From an uncultured virus (IMG/VR IMGVR_UViG_3300008262_000044) (lineage: Duplodnaviria; Heunggongvirae; Uroviricota; Caudoviricetes), in the IMG/VR virus record IMGVR_UViG_3300008262_000044: a stretch of 64,000 nt of DNA; one strand, 5' to 3'. Of this stretch, positions 15,108 through 25,014 are shown one piece after another. The position numbers were made by a program, and so were the translations under genes. The notes beneath the pieces were generated by a model, which ran no database searches, was not told the DNA's origin, and saw nothing but the letters and a program-made list of their open reading frames with translations. The first letter of the stretch is position 1. The number at the start of each line of letters is the position of its first letter.

Positions 15108-15682
15108 CTATAACCGTAACTAATACTTTCACAAATTTGATTCATTTGAACTATAATTGAAAGAGCATACGCAGTAGCATGACTCTTTTTAAAGTAGTAT
15201 TCGTCATTCTCTGGTTTCGTCCAGATCTCGTTCATCACCGTAGTCCATGGCTTCCCAATCAGATAACGTTTCGCGGGTCTTATCATTGCCAGTACTGCTG
15301 CCAATTCTTCTATAGATTTTGGTTCCATCTCTCTTAGAATAGACCCATGCCCATTCACATGGAACAATAAGTTCACGAAGTCGTCCTGTAACAGTAAATC
15401 CCATAGTGGTTCAGTCTCCATTAAAGTCTTAAGATGATTTTCATCTTTGATATTTTTATAGATTCCTACATTGAGAAAATCAATTTTAAAAAATCCTTGT
15501 TCTTCTGCTTGATCATATGGTATTGACGAAAGATTAGTTCTTGCATCAATTGGCACAGGATGAAAATAAACACCTGTGTTATGAACTACTAATTTGTTAT
15601 CTTCTACTCTGCTGGCTCTGTGATGTTTGAACAAAGCCAATGCTTTTGTTCTATCTGCAAAGTCAATATCAATATCTGGCAT
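15104..15682 (-). CDS. Minimal DNA polymerase III alpha (DnaE) catalytic-core-like protein
   Basis: PDIDIDF, HNTGVY, KIDFL, PKSIEELAAVLAMIRP and FKKSHATAYA motifs in 192 aa. Confidence 0.85.
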   Translation of the reverse strand: MPDIDIDFADRTKALALFKHHRASRVEDNKLVVHNTGVYFHPVPIDARTNLSSIPYDQAEEQGFFKIDFLNVGIYKNIKDENHLKTLMETEPLWDLLLQDDFVNLLFHVNGHGSILREMEPKSIEELAAVLAMIRPAKRYLIGKPWTTVMNEIWTKPENDEYYFKKSHATAYALSIIVQMNQICESISYGYS

Positions 15683-15909
15683 TACTGTAACCTTGTTGAC
15701 TCAAATAACAATAGTGGTAAAGTTTCTGCAAGAAACTCTGCATATTCTTCAGCATCTTCAATGTCCTCAAAGCCGCTGAACTTTACATATACAACAGGTT
15801 CCTCGCTACCAACAGCAACTTCGATATCTAAATCATCTCTAGAAAGAGGTTCTTCGTTTTCTGCTAGATCTTGTTCTACTACTTCCGGTTCTTGTTTTTT
15901 CTTAGGCAT
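15682..15909 (-). CDS. Small acidic protein
   Basis: 75 aa, coupled to both neighbours. Confidence 0.7.
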   Translation of the reverse strand: MPKKKQEPEVVEQDLAENEEPLSRDDLDIEVAVGSEEPVVYVKFSGFEDIEDAEEYAEFLAETLPLLLFESTRLQ

Positions 15910-16580
15910 TATAATATTTTCGCTTCTTTGATAACATCTTTAATTAGTTCAACATCTGCAGGATAGTTTTTAAATTTACGTTTCCAAAATTGTGGATCAA
16001 TTATAGTACTGATAATTTCCAACTGTTCATCATTCATTTTTTGCAGTGCGTCTTTTCCTGATTGAATATTTAACAACATCCACGGACTGATTAATCCTTC
16101 TTTTATATCATGTGTTAGTCTGTTTAAATTCACATACAAAAAATAGTGTTCCCAAGTTGAGTTATTTTTATCAGCCCAGTCCATCATTGTTTGTATAGTT
16201 CTTTGTATAGAACCATCTGCTGGTTCTTGTTTGATTAACTCAGCAATGTATATGTCATATAAATTATCACTACACCACGCATCTAATTTTGTATTACTGC
16301 GTATTACAAATTCTATAAATCGTTCTGGATAAATTGGATTTGTGTTAACGAAAAAACTGCCAAACTTTACAAATGCTGTGTAGTAAGGGCTTTCTACAAA
16401 GTCTTCAAAAGTTTTTTTAGTATTTTTTTGTGCTACCTCATAGAACTTGGTATAGGCCATAAACCCAGCCTGTACATGTTTTTCTCCTTTGTTCAAGTGT
16501 CTACGCTTCTGTTCACATACATGAACAAACAGAGTCTTTTCTTTGACAAATTCTTTTTTACAGTATTCACAAACAAACAT
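15909..16580 (-). CDS. Hypothetical protein with N-terminal Zn finger
   Basis: CEYC-x12-HVC motif. Confidence 0.75.
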   Translation of the reverse strand: MFVCEYCKKEFVKEKTLFVHVCEQKRRHLNKGEKHVQAGFMAYTKFYEVAQKNTKKTFEDFVESPYYTAFVKFGSFFVNTNPIYPERFIEFVIRSNTKLDAWCSDNLYDIYIAELIKQEPADGSIQRTIQTMMDWADKNNSTWEHYFLYVNLNRLTHDIKEGLISPWMLLNIQSGKDALQKMNDEQLEIISTIIDPQFWKRKFKNYPADVELIKDVIKEAKIL

Positions 16581-17056
16581 TATAGAAGTTCTTTGATTTG
16601 TTTATTATCAAGTCCCATGTCTTTGGCAATTTGTTTAACTTCGTCGTCAGTTAAAATTTTAGCCAATAGTTCAACGTCATCTAACTTGGCGCTAGGATAT
16701 CTATCTAATAAAAATTTATGTTTTTTACTAGAACCTTCTGCCTTTCTAGATAACTTTATATATTCTCTTCTAACAACTTTTCCTTTAGGATTAGCACACA
16801 TAGTTAACAGTAACCATAACAGTTTAGGATGGTTATAAAACTTATAATAATTTTTATTATAATATTCGTTAACAGTTAAAATATAGTGAGCTTGAACATC
16901 CGGATCACTAGAGACTGGGCTGCTGATCCAGCGTCCAAGAACAAACAAAAGTTTTTTTAATTCTTTCTGTTGATCCTCTTCTAAAGCGTCCCAAAGATCT
17001 TTAATGCCAGAATCAACAGCTGGAATGATATCTTTGAATAGGTCTAATTTACTCAT
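16580..17056 (-). CDS. Hypothetical protein, possibly clamp-loader small subunit (gp62)-like
   Basis: Size, helical pattern and replication context only. Confidence 0.45.
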   Translation of the reverse strand: MSKLDLFKDIIPAVDSGIKDLWDALEEDQQKELKKLLFVLGRWISSPVSSDPDVQAHYILTVNEYYNKNYYKFYNHPKLLWLLLTMCANPKGKVVRREYIKLSRKAEGSSKKHKFLLDRYPSAKLDDVELLAKILTDDEVKQIAKDMGLDNKQIKELL

Positions 17057-17303
17057 CTTTTTTACCTAAGTGATACAATAGTTTAACACGTTCTACAGCT
17101 TCTTTCAAGACAGGATCATTCTTTGCAGCCATGTGAATTTTTTTGAACAGTTCAACTTCGCTGTTTAGTTCTTCTTTAAGAACTGCTTTGTAACTTTTGC
17201 CAATAAGACGGCGCTCTGTACTACCCATTTCTCTAGCATAGACAGTTTCTCCCCCATCCGGTGATTCATAAACATAAGTTGCTCCAGGTTTAAGTTGTCC
17301 CAT
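17049..17303 (-). CDS. Hypothetical protein
   Basis: 84 aa in an overlapping operon. Confidence 0.7.
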   Translation of the reverse strand: MGQLKPGATYVYESPDGGETVYAREMGSTERRLIGKSYKAVLKEELNSEVELFKKIHMAAKNDPVLKEAVERVKLLYHLGKKDE

Positions 17304-17646
17304 GATTTTTGTATCCTATAGTTTCTCTTTCGATATCATCATGATCAAATTCTGCCCAATATAATTCAAAAGCTACGGTGTCTTCTACAGCTTCAAATTG
17401 ATGATATTCACCGGGAGCAACCTTAGTATATTGCCCTGCCTCTAGTAGTGTCTCATCAATTAAGTCGTAGTTGTTTTTCCACACTCGGATGATCATTTTG
17501 CCTTTTTCAACAAAGAAACCATTCCATTTATATTTGTGCTTGTGCTTCGAACACACCCCACCGGCGTTAGCTTCAATGCGATGAAATTCTAATACACCGT
17601 TAGCTTCGAGTAATTTTGTTACTCCCCATATTTTACCTGCTTTCAT
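17290..17646 (-). CDS. Cupin-domain protein
   Basis: SKHKH...FFVEKG...VAPGEYHQF cupin motifs. Confidence 0.85.
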   Translation of the reverse strand: MKAGKIWGVTKLLEANGVLEFHRIEANAGGVCSKHKHKYKWNGFFVEKGKMIIRVWKNNYDLIDETLLEAGQYTKVAPGEYHQFEAVEDTVAFELYWAEFDHDDIERETIGYKNHGTT

Positions 17647-17870
17647 ATTGTTCCTTTAATCTTTAAAAAAAGATACTCTTTTCGTTCGCACCATCTATCT
17701 TCAAATACAGGTTCTCCGGGACCACAGATCATTCCAACACCGTGATAGGCCATTGTAAACCATAATATTTTATTTGTATAATGACAGCGTCGTGGCCATA
17801 AACTGTACTTTAATTTCCAACCAATACATCTACGTTTAAAGTTTTCGTTGTCCATAAACGGTATAGGCAT
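17643..17870 (-). CDS. Hypothetical protein
   Basis: 75 aa, coupled to neighbours. Confidence 0.65.
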   Translation of the reverse strand: MPIPFMDNENFKRRCIGWKLKYSLWPRRCHYTNKILWFTMAYHGVGMICGPGEPVFEDRWCERKEYLFLKIKGTI

Positions 17871-18376
17871 TATAAAATTTTATCTAATTGAATAATTTCG
17901 CTTTGACGACTGACTTCTTTGACAAAAAATGCGCAAGGTGGATTATGATCATCACTAATTGGTACTGTTAGTAATTGTCCATTTTTCATTTTAGGAAAAT
18001 ACCATCTAACATCTTGAAAGATATTAACAATTTCAATGGGCTTGTATTCAATTTTAAATCCTTTAATAGGATTAAAGATTAATGCATCAAATCCTCGTTC
18101 ATTAATACTGGTCAGTGGTAATACTTCTGGGTCTTGCCCACAGTCTTTATCTCCAACTACCATGCACCAATCTAATGGCATTTGTATTTCGTGCTCTCCT
18201 ATGCGTAATAGAATTGCTGGACTGTTAAACGACTCTAAGAAAATAAGAGGCATAAAATAAAAATCTGGTTCATAAGGATTGCTATTATCTAGTACGCTAA
18301 ATCTAGCATCGTCTTCTACTTCTTCCGGCAGATCATTTAAATCAAAGGCCGTGTTGTTTAATGTTAAAATTCTCAT
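17870..18376 (-). CDS. Hypothetical beta-rich protein
   Basis: Start MRILTLNN (ATG 18376) overlaps the helicase stop; the track's longer start is unlikely. Confidence 0.75.
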   Translation of the reverse strand: MRILTLNNTAFDLNDLPEEVEDDARFSVLDNSNPYEPDFYFMPLIFLESFNSPAILLRIGEHEIQMPLDWCMVVGDKDCGQDPEVLPLTSINERGFDALIFNPIKGFKIEYKPIEIVNIFQDVRWYFPKMKNGQLLTVPISDDHNPPCAFFVKEVSRQSEIIQLDKIL

Positions 18377-19827
18377 AATGTTACCTTGGTTAATGTAAAG
18401 GGGTATTTGGCCTCTTTGTAATATTTCTTCCTTTCCGTAAGATGCCGCTTGGCGTACTTGCAGGTGCTCGTGATGTCCCAAATTTGGACAAAGTCTTTGT
18501 CTTCCGCTCTTCTAATGCCTCGCCCAATACTTTGTATAACGCGGACAAAGCTCTTTCCGGGCTCAATAAGAACCAAATTAAAAATCCTTGGAATATTAAT
18601 ACCCACAGCGGCCACACCATAAGTCGCCACAATAATCTTGTTATCAGCTGTCTTAATCTCATCATATTCTTCTTTCCTGTCGTTTAGTTTCATACCGCCA
18701 CTGACAAAGACCGCTTCGGGTATTCTTTCAATTAGTTGATTGCCTGTGTCAATCCTATTAATTAATACCAGCGTATTACCTGTTAGTGCTAATTCTTTAA
18801 TTTTATTTGCCATCCACGTTAGTCTAGTTGCATCAGTAACTAAAAAGCTATATTCTTCTTGAAAACTTCTAAATACTTGAACATCGGTTGTTTGTAAAAC
18901 ATTAATTTGCAAATTTGCCAACACACCCTTTTCTTGCAAATCGTGTGCCGACACTTGATTAATTACTGGCCCGATGCTGGCTAAGATGCCTTGGAACTCC
19001 CATGCTTCTTTAGGAATAGTTCCAGTTAGTCCCCATCTAATAGCACAGTTTTTAAAATTTTGTGTTAATAGTTTAGTTAATACGTCTGCTTTGGCTTGAT
19101 GAACTTCGTCGACAATAATTGCTGCTACTCCTTCAGTAAATTCCGCTAAAGAAAGAACGTCTTCATCATAACTATTTTTGTCTAATACATTTAAACTTTG
19201 CCATGTACAGATAGTATGAGTCTTTCCTAATTCTTTACGATCACCAAAGTACACACCAACATCAAGTCCTAGATTTTTATAATCTTCTTCAGTCTGAACA
19301 ACTAACGACTTGTTAGGAACAATGACCATTGTACGACCATAGGGCTCACAAAGATGACTGAGTGTAGCAGTGGTAATAGTCTTACCTGCACCAGTTGCTA
19401 CTTCCTGTAATGCCTGAGGATTTTCTAAAAATTTATTAACAACATCGTATTGATAATCACGTAATACAATAGGTTGACCCGCAGATGGATGACCTTTGGG
19501 CCAGGTCTTGCCTTTGTCAGCCCAGTAATTTTTGTTGACTCTTTCAAAAGAAATTTGTTTATGTAATCGTAAGTCGTCTACTTCAATCTCGTAGCCGCTT
19601 TCTTCAATAATAGGAAGAATAACATCTAGGTGTGCAAGATACCCATTGCCGCCTATGCCAAAGTAAGTTTTTGTTCCGTCCCACCGCCCTAATTTATAAG
19701 CAGGCATGTGACGAGCGTAGGGAAGATCAAATTTTAATTTGTTGACAATCTTTCTACGAGTTTCAACAGCAAGTCCTTCTATTTTTATGTTGACTTCGTC
19801 TTTTATTATTAACTTACAAGTTGACAA
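18373..19827 (-). CDS. uvsW: SF2 DNA helicase (UvsW-like)
   Basis: LRDYQ, ATGAGKT, VDEVH, GLTGT, QSIGRGIR motifs. Confidence 0.9.
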   Translation of the reverse strand: MSTCKLIIKDEVNIKIEGLAVETRRKIVNKLKFDLPYARHMPAYKLGRWDGTKTYFGIGGNGYLAHLDVILPIIEESGYEIEVDDLRLHKQISFERVNKNYWADKGKTWPKGHPSAGQPIVLRDYQYDVVNKFLENPQALQEVATGAGKTITTATLSHLCEPYGRTMVIVPNKSLVVQTEEDYKNLGLDVGVYFGDRKELGKTHTICTWQSLNVLDKNSYDEDVLSLAEFTEGVAAIIVDEVHQAKADVLTKLLTQNFKNCAIRWGLTGTIPKEAWEFQGILASIGPVINQVSAHDLQEKGVLANLQINVLQTTDVQVFRSFQEEYSFLVTDATRLTWMANKIKELALTGNTLVLINRIDTGNQLIERIPEAVFVSGGMKLNDRKEEYDEIKTADNKIIVATYGVAAVGINIPRIFNLVLIEPGKSFVRVIQSIGRGIRRAEDKDFVQIWDITSTCKYAKRHLTERKKYYKEAKYPFTLTKVTL

Positions 19828-21013
19828 TCTTTTTTTCCTTAGTTGACAATGCTCTCATTGCAGGTTTTTGTTCTCCAACAAAAATCACACACGGGTGTGA
19901 GTCCATCCAATGACTAATGCTCATATTAGTGTTTGTAAATAAACTGTTTGTAACTATAATTTTAACATTTTCTTTTCCTGCAAACAACCACTTTGCGGGC
20001 TTATGACGAAAAATATAAATTCTTCCAGAGTCCACAGGACCATTCATTTGATTTTCTTTGATCCATTGATTAAATTTTAAATCTTTATCCTCTTCGGCAC
20101 TTAGCCTAAAACATACACGAATATTGTTTTTTGGAAAATTTGTATTTTCTGCAAAATTTACAAAATTTTTAACAAAGTTTAGAGTCTCGGAGGTACGATC
20201 AACAAGCACTGCTACTTTTGCAGTTGGTAATGATTTTAAAATTTCAAACACATTTTTAATGTCGTTGGTATAAAAGTAATTGTCGTGAGCAGTGGCAATT
20301 TTTTGAATTAACGTTGGATTTTTTTCTTCCAATTTTAGGCAAAAATTCATGCTCTTTGCTAGGAACATGTTTTCTTCTAAACTGTCTGTTTTATTGATTT
20401 CAAAATATTCTTTTGCATCTTCATTAGCATTAATCAATGTTACAAACTTATTTTTGACAACAGAGTGTGGAAGAAAATTTTCTTCTTGATTCCAGATTTC
20501 TTCCACTGAATCGCACAAATCGACGAAACTTTGATCTAACACAAATTCGTATTTTTCACAGAATTCTCTAATGGCAATTACGTTAGCATCTTTTAGTTTA
20601 ATAACTCTAGACATTAACGTAGAATCCCACATTGATTTTAAATTAGGTAATTCCTTTTCAAATGGTTCTTTAATTTGATATGGAAATTTCATCAAAATTT
20701 GTAAACCACCATCTTCGTCCTGCTCTACAGATACACTTCGACTGTTGTCAATAACTCTAAACGGATGGCGCCATGTGGGATTGTCAATTGAGTCGTGGTA
20801 GTCAATACCGACCATCTTTGAGCCAATTTTGTATTTGGTTAAAATTTTCAACACAAACGAAGATTGCGCTCTAGTTAACGGTTTGCCTGTGAGAATTACA
20901 TTCTGAAAACTATTAATGGCTGGTATGTCCTGGGGCTGAACAGAAACTTGCCGCAGGTCAACTGCATGAGCAAATTCAATGAATACGTCTTCAACATATC
21001 TGATGATGGTCAT
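19814..21013 (-). CDS. Hypothetical protein
   Basis: ATG 21013 lies 6 nt after TTGATT-17 bp-TATTAT(21025-21020). Confidence 0.75.
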   Translation of the reverse strand: MTIIRYVEDVFIEFAHAVDLRQVSVQPQDIPAINSFQNVILTGKPLTRAQSSFVLKILTKYKIGSKMVGIDYHDSIDNPTWRHPFRVIDNSRSVSVEQDEDGGLQILMKFPYQIKEPFEKELPNLKSMWDSTLMSRVIKLKDANVIAIREFCEKYEFVLDQSFVDLCDSVEEIWNQEENFLPHSVVKNKFVTLINANEDAKEYFEINKTDSLEENMFLAKSMNFCLKLEEKNPTLIQKIATAHDNYFYTNDIKNVFEILKSLPTAKVAVLVDRTSETLNFVKNFVNFAENTNFPKNNIRVCFRLSAEEDKDLKFNQWIKENQMNGPVDSGRIYIFRHKPAKWLFAGKENVKIIVTNSLFTNTNMSISHWMDSHPCVIFVGEQKPAMRALSTKEKKIVNL

Positions 21014-21030
21014 GCTAAAATAATAGCATC

Positions 21031-21864
21031 TCACATCGATGAAATCAACCTTTCTTGTGGAGTTCCCTGGATGAATTCGTCCAACAACCATTCTGTATGA
21101 AGAATGTATTCAAACCACTGTGTTCTATCTTTGAGGTATGGCGTCTCTATTTCGTTAAGTTGACAGGATACCGGATGTGCTAATGCACTAGGATCACAAA
21201 TTAATGGAACTCCATTAATTGCTGCCTGTACTGTGGTACCACTATTATGATTTATTACGCAGTGATGAGAAAAATTAATATCAAATTCAGAATATGTGTT
21301 AGGTATTGGATTTGTTGTTTCGATAACAACATTTGGTATTGAAAAATAATTAATACGACAACGTGGATGTGGTCTTACTACAATTGTACGATCGGTAAAT
21401 TTTCTAATTTCTGAAATTTTTTGAAAAATCCAGTCACTAACTGATGGCAGTCCTTCCCATTGGAGGCTGCGATCATGTTGACCCAATAATAGGATTGAGG
21501 GTTTTCTGTTTGTTTGAAAATCTTTTAACTCAACACCTAAAACTTTTTGTCTATTTTTTTGTAAATGATTTTCTTGATTAAATTTTCCGTCACCGTTGAT
21601 ATTTTCCAATGAAAGTTTCCATGAAATTCCCCTTTTCAGTGAACCGACTTCGACTATCATTACCGGTTTATTTTTATTTTTAAAAAAATTGTAAATTTGT
21701 TGATTGGGCTGCATACGGCCAAACCAAAGTACACTCCATATCACCGGAATGTCCTCGTTGCTGTCAACAATTTGATGTCCAAGACGTTTAAAACCTTGTT
21801 CTAAAGCGTCAAAAACCACGTTACTGCCAAGAGCACCATTTTCACGATATAATTTTATGCGCAT
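21031..21864 (-). CDS. Putative GT-B glycosyltransferase (capsule-synthesis KpsS/KpsC-like), paralog 1
   Basis: VRPHP and VINHNSGTTVQAAINGVP motifs. Confidence 0.65.
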   Translation of the reverse strand: MRIKLYRENGALGSNVVFDALEQGFKRLGHQIVDSNEDIPVIWSVLWFGRMQPNQQIYNFFKNKNKPVMIVEVGSLKRGISWKLSLENINGDGKFNQENHLQKNRQKVLGVELKDFQTNRKPSILLLGQHDRSLQWEGLPSVSDWIFQKISEIRKFTDRTIVVRPHPRCRINYFSIPNVVIETTNPIPNTYSEFDINFSHHCVINHNSGTTVQAAINGVPLICDPSALAHPVSCQLNEIETPYLKDRTQWFEYILHTEWLLDEFIQGTPQERLISSM

Positions 21865-21874
21865 TTTTTAAAAA

Positions 21875-21892
21875 TAAATAACAGAGTATTTA
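21875..21892. promoter_or_regulatory. Pair of TAAATA late-type promoters serving divergent genes
   Basis: TAAATA at 21875-21880 (+) and 21887-21892 (-). Confidence 0.55.
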
Positions 21893-21904
21893 ATTCTTGT
21901 CGTA

Positions 21905-22303
21905 ATGAGTAAATTTTTAAAACGTATAGAACCAATTATTACAAAACGTGATACCGCTGTGGTATTAGGTAGTAATTTTATTAATATTCCAGATCTTCTT
22001 GAAGGATTCAACACGGTGTTTGTCTATGACACTCAACGACCAGAGATTAAAAGTAAAAATTTAATACCAAGACTAAACTTTACTGATATAAAAACATTAC
22101 CAGAATTTAATTTACTAGTAGTGGATGAGCCATGTCTATGGGAGATTGGTAATTTCACACCAGTTGCCAGCCTTAATAGAGCAGGAATCATTTTAATACA
22201 TGGTGAACCGGTGGGTAAAAAGATCTTAAAACATCTTTGGCAATATAATTATGAAAGTTTGGGTAATCATAAAAGTATAAATTTTTGGAAAAAGGCAAAC
22301 TAA
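21905..22303 (+). CDS. Hypothetical protein
   Basis: 132 aa, first gene of the + strand glycan operon. Confidence 0.7.
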   Translation: MSKFLKRIEPIITKRDTAVVLGSNFINIPDLLEGFNTVFVYDTQRPEIKSKNLIPRLNFTDIKTLPEFNLLVVDEPCLWEIGNFTPVASLNRAGIILIHGEPVGKKILKHLWQYNYESLGNHKSINFWKKAN

Positions 22304-23112
22304 TGAAATATGCAGTAGTTACAACATTTAATGAAGATGGTTATAAGTCTTATGCTAAAAAAATGATCGAATCTTTTTTGATCAATTGGCCAAAAGAAGT
22401 AAAGTTATACCTGTATCCCGAAAGAGTTAACCCATATGTACCGCAAGGCGCTAATGTTGAATTAATTGATCTCGATACCGGTGTTCCTGAACTCACAGCC
22501 TTCAAAGAACGTTGGAAAAATGTTCCCCATGCCAGTGGAGACATCTCAAGTTTTCCAAGATTGGCTGCTAGAAAAGACAGTCATAAACCTTTCAAATGGG
22601 ATGCAATAAGATTTGCTCATAAAGTTTATACTATCTTCCATTGTGCTAAAAATTGTGATGCAGATGTGTTAATATGGATGGACGCAGATATGGTTTGTCA
22701 TAGTCCGATTAGTCTAAGTGAGATACAGCGTCTAATACCAATCGATAAAGATCTGTGTTACCTAGGTAGAGACAACAAATTTTCAGAATGTGGTTTATAT
22801 TCTCTTAATTTACGTTCTGAAATGACTAGAAATTTTTTAAATCAATTTCAATGGATGTATGACAAAGCCGAAGCGGGAATCTTTAACTTAGATGAATGGC
22901 ATGACAGTTATGTATTTGATGATGTACGTAAAAGATTTCCTTTTTTAATACAGCACAACTGGAGTCAAGGTGTTATTACAGGAGAAGGTCACCCGTTAAT
23001 AAACTGCGAATGGGGTGGATACTTAGATCACCTCAAAGGCGAAAGAAAACAGTATGGCCGCAGTCATCAAAAAGATCTAAGAATTAAAAGAAAAGAGGAT
23101 TATTGGAAATGA
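22303..23112 (+). CDS. GT-A glycosyltransferase
   Basis: YAVVTTF N-terminus; DxD motif LIWMDAD; EWHDSYVFD. Confidence 0.75.
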   Translation: MKYAVVTTFNEDGYKSYAKKMIESFLINWPKEVKLYLYPERVNPYVPQGANVELIDLDTGVPELTAFKERWKNVPHASGDISSFPRLAARKDSHKPFKWDAIRFAHKVYTIFHCAKNCDADVLIWMDADMVCHSPISLSEIQRLIPIDKDLCYLGRDNKFSECGLYSLNLRSEMTRNFLNQFQWMYDKAEAGIFNLDEWHDSYVFDDVRKRFPFLIQHNWSQGVITGEGHPLINCEWGGYLDHLKGERKQYGRSHQKDLRIKRKEDYWK

Positions 23113-23789
23113 AAAGTTTTATCATTTGTCTTTCTAAAATACAATCATCTTTTGAAACAGCACTAACCCTACAAAAACAATTAGAAGAATACAATATGCC
23201 TGTTGAGTTGTTTGAAGGAACATATGGCACCGATGCTGTGAAAATGATGGAACTTGAACATAGAACTTGGCATCCGTTTGGCATTAAAGGTCCAGATATT
23301 GAAATTGATCCCGATGCTGTTCCTAATTTAAAAGGAAGTTCCCCTGGTGTTAAAGGATGCTTTTATAGTCATTATAGACTATGGCAAAAATGTGTAGAAT
23401 TAAATGAACCAATTATTATATGGGAAGATGATATTGTTTTAAGAAGACCATTTATTCCAATTGATTGGACAGACGTACTAGTTTTAGCATTAGGGCATCC
23501 AACTAAGACTGAAAAGTATCGGCAGTATCTTGAAGATCCACAAGGAGATCCAAAAGCAGAACCATATTTTCAAAGTTCAATGCCGGGATGTTGTGGATAT
23601 GCATTAAAGCCACATGCAGCAAAAAAACTTGTGGATACATATAAAAATACCTATCTTCCAGCAGACAATGCTATAAATCAACATCATGTAATTATTGAAA
23701 TTCATAGTCATGTTATGGGAATTGCATTGATTAAAAAAGATGGAAAAAAGAGTTTAACAAGAACAACATTTTGGGATAACTATCAATGA
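23109..23789 (+). CDS. Glycosyltransferase family 25-like
   Basis: GCFYSHYRLW, IIWEDD, GYALKPHAAKKL, PAD motifs. Confidence 0.85.
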   Translation: MKSFIICLSKIQSSFETALTLQKQLEEYNMPVELFEGTYGTDAVKMMELEHRTWHPFGIKGPDIEIDPDAVPNLKGSSPGVKGCFYSHYRLWQKCVELNEPIIIWEDDIVLRRPFIPIDWTDVLVLALGHPTKTEKYRQYLEDPQGDPKAEPYFQSSMPGCCGYALKPHAAKKLVDTYKNTYLPADNAINQHHVIIEIHSHVMGIALIKKDGKKSLTRTTFWDNYQ

Positions 23790-24454
23790 AAGATTATAAC
23801 TGTTATGTAATATCTAACAAACCTTGGATATATCCAGAAATACAGACCGGCGCAGCCCCAGAAGAAATTAATTATTTTGATGGTACAGGGTATCCTTCGT
23901 TTTCAAAATTAGTTAATAGTTGTATATCTCAATGTCCATCTGAAATAGTAATTGTGCTTAGTGATAAGGTTCGTCCAACTCAAGAACAAATACAAAAAAT
24001 TGTAGAACTTATTAAGCAAGGGTACGGGCTAGTTGCACTTTATCGCTTTGGATTTTTTGGATTTAAAAAAGAATTATTTCGTAGAGTTGGTATGTTAGAT
24101 GAAAGATATGTCGGTGGCGGTTATGAAGATGATGATTTTTATATAAGAATGAAGGAAGCAAATATATCGATGTATATTACCGAAGAAGCAGTATATAACA
24201 AGTCTCATTCGAGTTGGAATTACGATCTATCAAGACCACATTTTTGGGCAAAATGGGTAGATCAATCTCATCCAGAATGGCATCCGCAAGCAAAACGATC
24301 AGCATCATTTATTAAAAGAAAAATTGCAGAAGAAAATTATTCTCATTTATATGATTTGGGTACAGTTACCAATGACACATTTTTAGATTTTTCTCATTCT
24401 GTTATACAACCATCTAAGGCTAGAGGTTGGATCCAAACTAAAGGAGCAAAATAG
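23786..24454 (+). CDS. GT2/GT7-like glycosyltransferase
   Basis: GMLDERYVGGGYEDDDFYIR motif. Confidence 0.7.
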   Translation: MKDYNCYVISNKPWIYPEIQTGAAPEEINYFDGTGYPSFSKLVNSCISQCPSEIVIVLSDKVRPTQEQIQKIVELIKQGYGLVALYRFGFFGFKKELFRRVGMLDERYVGGGYEDDDFYIRMKEANISMYITEEAVYNKSHSSWNYDLSRPHFWAKWVDQSHPEWHPQAKRSASFIKRKIAEENYSHLYDLGTVTNDTFLDFSHSVIQPSKARGWIQTKGAK

Positions 24455-25014
24455 TGTCTTGTTCAATAATTAATAACATTCCAGAAATAGAAAAATATAC
24501 CTATTTAGAGCTTGGTGTTTTTAGAAATGAAAACTTTCGATCTATAAACTGTAAAGAAAAATTTTCAGTTGATATTAACGGCAATGCATTGTTTACCGGT
24601 ACAACTGATGAATATTTTTCTAGTATAGATAATTCAAAAAAGTTTGATATTATTTTTATTGATGCAAATCATGATTACGAATATGTTCTCAAAGATTTTA
24701 ATAATTCAGTTAACCATGCTAATAAATGGGTTATTATGCATGACATGGTTCCTCCATCGCTAAAACATACCTCGTCAAAATTTTGTTCTGATTCTTTTAG
24801 ATTACTAATGTATTTTATAAAAGAAACTAATTTTGAAATATACACTATGAATAACAATTTCGGTCTTACATTTATTCGTATACCGGCGGCTAAAATAAAT
24901 CCCCCACTCGAATATCAAAATATATCATATTACGAATTTAAAGAATTTATTAATACTATAAAACTATACAATGACAGCGAAATGATTGAAATTTTAAGGA
25001 ACAATAATGTTTAA
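24454..25014 (+). CDS. Class I SAM-dependent methyltransferase
   Basis: YLELGV, FDIIFIDANHDYE, IMHD motifs. Confidence 0.8.
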   Translation: MSCSIINNIPEIEKYTYLELGVFRNENFRSINCKEKFSVDINGNALFTGTTDEYFSSIDNSKKFDIIFIDANHDYEYVLKDFNNSVNHANKWVIMHDMVPPSLKHTSSKFCSDSFRLLMYFIKETNFEIYTMNNNFGLTFIRIPAAKINPPLEYQNISYYEFKEFINTIKLYNDSEMIEILRNNNV

